Origin: an uncultured Solirubrobacteraceae bacterium
Lineage (GTDB): Bacteria > Actinomycetota > Thermoleophilia > Solirubrobacterales > Solirubrobacteraceae
Direction: 5' to 3'
DNA length: 64,000 bases
NCBI GenBank assembly: GCA_963743505.1
Contig: CAVUPZ010000001.1
Coordinates: 170,990 to 234,989 of the forward strand
How positions within the stretch are numbered: the first letter of the stretch is position 1; each line of letters begins with the position of its first letter. Below are positions 58,232 to 64,000 of this stretch, piece after piece. The notes under the pieces were generated by a model that had not been told where the DNA came from, did no database searches, and saw only the letters and a list, made by a program, of their open reading frames with translations. Both the position numbers and the translations under genes were made by a program.

Positions 58232-59749
58232 TTGGCTCGCGGCGACCGATCACCACAGGAACGCACCGCGGCGGACCGCGAGCGCGACCGCCTCGAGCGT
58301 GCCAGCCGGCGCGCCCAACGCGAACGCGCGGAGCCCGACGGGCTGCCCGCCGCGCCCGCGGATGTCGCGGGGGCGCCCGACGGTTCGCAGACGGCCACGG
58401 ACGTCGACCCGTCGCCCGCCAAGCCCGACGCCGACGTGGCTCCGGCCGCCGCCGGCGAGGAGCCACCACACGAGCTGATTGGCGAGGAGCTCGCGGCGCT
58501 CCTGCTCCCAGACGACGAGACGATCGCTCCGCCGCAGGGGGACCCGCTGCGAGCGCACGAAGCCGTCCCACAGCCCGCGGACCTCGACACGCTGCGCCCC
58601 GACGATGACCAGCCGGCCCTCCCGGCCCTCGACTCCGACACGGAGAGCTTCGCTGTCCTGGCGCCAGAACCCGGCGACGCGTCGAACGAGCGGGCTCCCT
58701 GACGCGCCCGGCGACGCGTCGAGCGACGCGCCCCCGGACGCGCCCGTCGTCGCCGAGGCGCCGGCGACGCGGCCAGCAACGCCGCCTGGGCCGTCGAGGC
58801 AGGCGGGCTCGCGCCTGCCGCCGCCGCCGGGGATCGGCGCGGGCGCCGCCGCCGGCGCCGCCGCCGTCGGAGCGCAGGCCGTTCGCTGCCCGCCCGCCTG
58901 ATCGCGGTGCTCGGCCTGGTCGTTGTGGTCGTCGCGATCGTCTTGGTCGTTCGCTCGCTGACGAAATCCAAACCCACGCACCACGTCGCGGGTCCCCCGG
59001 TCGTGAAGGTGCTGATCCCGGAGGGCAAGACGCGTCTGCAGATCGCCCAGATCGCGAGCAGCGAGGGCCTGAAGGGCAGCTACAGGGCGGCGTCCAGGAG
59101 CTCGCCACTGCTCGACCCGAGGCACTACGGCGCACCGGCCGGCACACCCGACCTCGAAGGTTTCCTGTTCCCCGCGACCTACGACGAGTACCCCGGCGCC
59201 CCGGTCAGCCGCCTCGTCGCCGAGCAGCTGACCGCGTTCCAGGAAAACTTCGGCTCCGAACTGAGCGCCCGGGCCACGGCCCTGCACGTCACCCCCTACC
59301 AGCTGCTGATCGTCGCCTCGATGATCGAGCGCGAGGCGCAGGTGCCCGGGGACCGGGCCAAGATCGCGGCCGTGATCTACAACCGGCTGCAGCGGGAAAT
59401 GCCGCTGGGGATCGACGCCACGATCTACTACGCGCTCGAGCTCGCGAGGAACATCCCCACCTACACGCACGAACTGACGGAATCGGAGCTCCACATCAAC
59501 TCCCCCTACAACACCCGCACCCACGTCGGGCTGCCACCGACGCCGATCTCCAACCCGGGCCTGGCCTCGATCGAAGCCGCCGCCCACCCGGCCCACGTGT
59601 CCTACCTCTACTACGTGGCCGGCGCCGACGGCTGCGGCGAGCAGGTCTTCACCAACACCCAGGCGGAATTCGAAGTCGACGCCGCCGCCTACGACGCCGC
59701 GGTGAGGAGCAACGGCGGCCACCCGCCCACCTGCAAGAAGAAGAAATGA
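58232..59749 (+). CDS. mltG: Endolytic transglycosylase MltG with long acidic N-terminal region; frameshifted
   Basis: IPEG, LEGFLFPATY, VASMIEREA, IYNRL, SPYNT, GLPPTPISNPG, YLYYV. Confidence 0.9.
58670..58745 (+). repeat. Imperfect tandem repeat of about 36 nt (PGDASxDAPPDA) in the mltG N-terminal region
   Basis: CCCGGCGACGCGTCGA...GACGCG repeated twice. Confidence 0.6.
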
Positions 59750-60558
59750 CCGCGAGGCTCGGCGTGCTCGGCTGGCCCGTCGGGCACAGCCGCTCGCCGG
59801 CCATGCACAACGCCGCCTTCGCCGCGCTCGGCATGTCCGGGTGGCACTATCAGCGCCTGCCGGTGCCGGCGCGCCTGTTCGCCGAGACGGTCCGCGCGCT
59901 GGGAGGCTCGGGGTTCGTGGGCGCCAACGTGACGATCCCCCACAAGCAGGCCGCGTTTGCTCTCGCCGACCGGGCCAGCGACGCGGCCCGTGCGATCGGG
60001 GCGGCGAACACGCTCACGTTCGCGCCTGACGGGACCGTGGCCGCCGAGAACACCGACGCTCCGGGGCTGATCGCCGCCCTCGGGGAGCCGATGCGGGGCC
60101 GCCGTGCGCTGGTGCTCGGGGCCGGCGGCAGCGCCCGCGCGGCCGTGTGGGCGCTGCGCGAGCAGGGGGCGGCCGAGGTGATGGTCTGGAACCGGACGCC
60201 GGCGCGCGCCCAGGCTCTCGCGGCCGATCTCGGGGTGAGAGCCGTTTCCTCGCCCGAGCCCGCCGACCTGCTCCTCAACTGCACCTCGGTGGGCCTGGAA
60301 CTAGAACGCTCGGCCAGTGAGGATGGTGCGCTCAACCAACTCGGATTGACGTTCGAAAAGCTCGGTGAGTACCCGTATGTCGCCGACCTGGTCTACCGCC
60401 CTGGCTCCACCCCGCTGCTCGCGGCGGCGGCTGCCCATGGAGCCCGCACACTCGACGGGATCGAGATCCTCGTGGCCCAAGGCGCGCTCAGCTTCGAGCT
60501 GTGGACAGGTCGCCGGGCGCCGGTCGACGTCATGGGTGACGCCGCACGGGCCGAGTAG
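59746..60558 (+). CDS. aroE: Shikimate dehydrogenase
   Basis: GWPVGHSRSPAMHN, NVTIPHK, GAANT, NTD, GAGGSARA, DLVY. Confidence 0.95.
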   Translation: MTARLGVLGWPVGHSRSPAMHNAAFAALGMSGWHYQRLPVPARLFAETVRALGGSGFVGANVTIPHKQAAFALADRASDAARAIGAANTLTFAPDGTVAAENTDAPGLIAALGEPMRGRRALVLGAGGSARAAVWALREQGAAEVMVWNRTPARAQALAADLGVRAVSSPEPADLLLNCTSVGLELERSASEDGALNQLGLTFEKLGEYPYVADLVYRPGSTPLLAAAAAHGARTLDGIEILVAQGALSFELWTGRRAPVDVMGDAARAE

Positions 60559-60585
60559 ACCCTCGCCGCCACGGGACCTGCTGCG

Positions 60586-62523
<1,938 letters not shown>

Positions 62524-62593
62524 CGCTCCAACTTTCGTCCACCCCGCGACGGGACTGTCGCCCGGGGGGCCCCGGGGTCCGATGGGCCATCCC

Positions 62594-63677
62594 ATGGACA
62601 TCGATTTCGCAGACCTGCTGATGGAGGTAGTGCACCGTCGCGCATCGGACCTGCACCTGAGCTCCGGCGCCCACCCCACCGTCCGCGTACGCGGACGGCT
62701 TTCGCCGGTGGAGGAGTACCCGAAGCTCTCCTCGACCGACACGAGGGAGATCATCTACTCGATCCTCACGGGCGATCAGCGTCAGCGCCTGGAGACGAAC
62801 TGGCAGCTGGACTTCGCCTACTCGATCCCCGGCCACGCCCGCTTCCGTGTCAACGCCTACTTCCAGCGGGGTGCGCTCGGGGCGGCCTTCCGCCTGATCC
62901 CCTTCGGCCTGACCTCGATCGACGAGCTCGGCCTGCCGCCGTCGGTGCACGAGTTCACCCGCCGGCCCCGTGGCTTCGTGCTCGTGACCGGTCCGACCGG
63001 CTCGGGCAAGTCAACCTCGCTGGCGGCGATGATCGACGAGATCAACTCCACCCGCGAGGAGCACATCATGACGATCGAGGACCCGATCGAGTTCCTCCAC
63101 GGGCACAAGAAGTGCCTCGTCAACCAGCGCGAGCTCGGCTCCGACGCCCAGAGCTTCGGCGACGCGCTGAAGGCCGCTCTGCGCCAGGACCCCGACGTGA
63201 TCCTCGTCGGCGAGATGCGCGACCTGGAGACGATCTCCACCGCCCTGACCGCTGCCGAGACCGGCCACCTCGTGTTCGCCACCCTGCACACCCAGGACAC
63301 CGCCCAGACGATCGACCGCATCATCGACGTGTTCCCCGCCCACCAGCAGGGTCAGGTGCGGGTGCAGCTGTCGGTGGCCCTGCAGGGGATCATGACCCAG
63401 CAGCTGCTGCCGAACGCCGACGGCTCCGGCCGCGTCGTGGCGACCGAGGTGCTCGTGCCGACCCCGGCCATCCGCAACCTGATCCGGGAGGGCAAGACGC
63501 ACCAGATCTACTCGGTCCTGCAGACGGGCTCCGCCGTCGGGATGCAGACGATGGACGCCTCGCTGGCCACGCTCGTGCGCCAGGGCAAGATCAGCCAGAA
63601 ACTCGCCGAATCCCGGTCGACCACGTCCGAGGAGCTGCGCCGGCTGCTCGGCGCAACCGACGCTCGCGGCGGCGTAG
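62594..63677 (+). CDS. pilT: Type IV pilus retraction ATPase PilT; stop lost through a frameshift near the 3' end
   Basis: MDIDFADLL...ASDLHL, GPTGSGKST, TIEDPIEF, LRQDPDVILVGEMRD, AIRNLIRE, GMQTMD; missing from the ORF track because the frame stays open. Confidence 0.93.
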
Positions 63678-63686
63678 GCCACGACG

Positions 63687-64000
63687 ATGAGCACCTACGT
63701 CTTCAAGGCGATGGACCTCGCCGGGGGCAAGTCCCGGGGCGAGGTGGAGGCGGACTCCAAGCAGGCTGTCTCCGACCAGCTCAAGTCGCGCGGCCTGATC
63801 GTCCTCGACATCACCGACAAGCACGGCTCGCGCCAGATCGAGCTGAGCTTCCTGCAGCGGGCCAAGCCGAACGACCTCGCCGTCTTCTCCCGCCAGCTAT
63901 CCACGATGATCTCCTCCGGGATGAGCATCCTGCGGGCTCTCTACGTGCTCGAGGAGCAGACCGAGAGCAAGTTCCTGAAGGAAACGATCGTCGCCGTCCG
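63687..64000 (+). CDS. pilC: Type IV pilus platform protein PilC (GspF family), runs off the window
   Basis: MSTYVFKAMD...GEVEADS...LAVFSRQLSTMISSGMSILRAL. Confidence 0.9.
   Translation, partial: MSTYVFKAMDLAGGKSRGEVEADSKQAVSDQLKSRGLIVLDITDKHGSRQIELSFLQRAKPNDLAVFSRQLSTMISSGMSILRALYVLEEQTESKFLKETIVAV

Noticed and set aside
62594-64000. Apparent PilT read-through or PilT-PilC fusion
   Set aside because: PilC is in a different frame with its own ATG at 63687; one indel before TAG 63675 explains the open frame

Overview
High-GC actinomycete DNA, most consistent with Thermoleophilia/Solirubrobacterales (inferred from gene content and order). Four zones. (1) About 1-22 kb: a regulator-rich accessory cluster (NarL response regulator, PAS-LuxR, HisKA_3 kinase, MalT-like LuxR ATPase) followed by mostly uncharacterised genes (degenerate DAGK, CMD, DUF1269, YbdK-type ligase, two GAP proteins, ClC, class II amidotransferase, DMT, DUF6325-like, DUF2252). 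Nine copies of a 17-bp palindrome, TCAYCC-N5-GGRTGA, sit in front of these genes, eight of them 21-23 nt before a -10 hexamer; this candidate regulon is the main finding. (2) About 22-30 kb: miscellaneous metabolic genes and a NiCoT transporter with a long, possibly structured leader. (3) About 30-48 kb: a more AT-rich, partly decayed island-like region next to tRNA-Met(CAT), with a chimeric pseudogene, a frameshifted ABC/two-component module, an ECF sigma/SDR pair, phage-like small genes, and two secreted proteins sharing a 120-aa C-terminal domain. (4) About 49-64 kb: core genes ftcD, an MBL hydrolase, hisS, an IscU-MnmA fusion, alaS, ruvX, mltG, aroE and pilB-pilT-pilC. The 50.6-59 kb stretch has many frameshifts that look like sequencing errors. 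Family assignments come from motif recognition by eye, not database searches.
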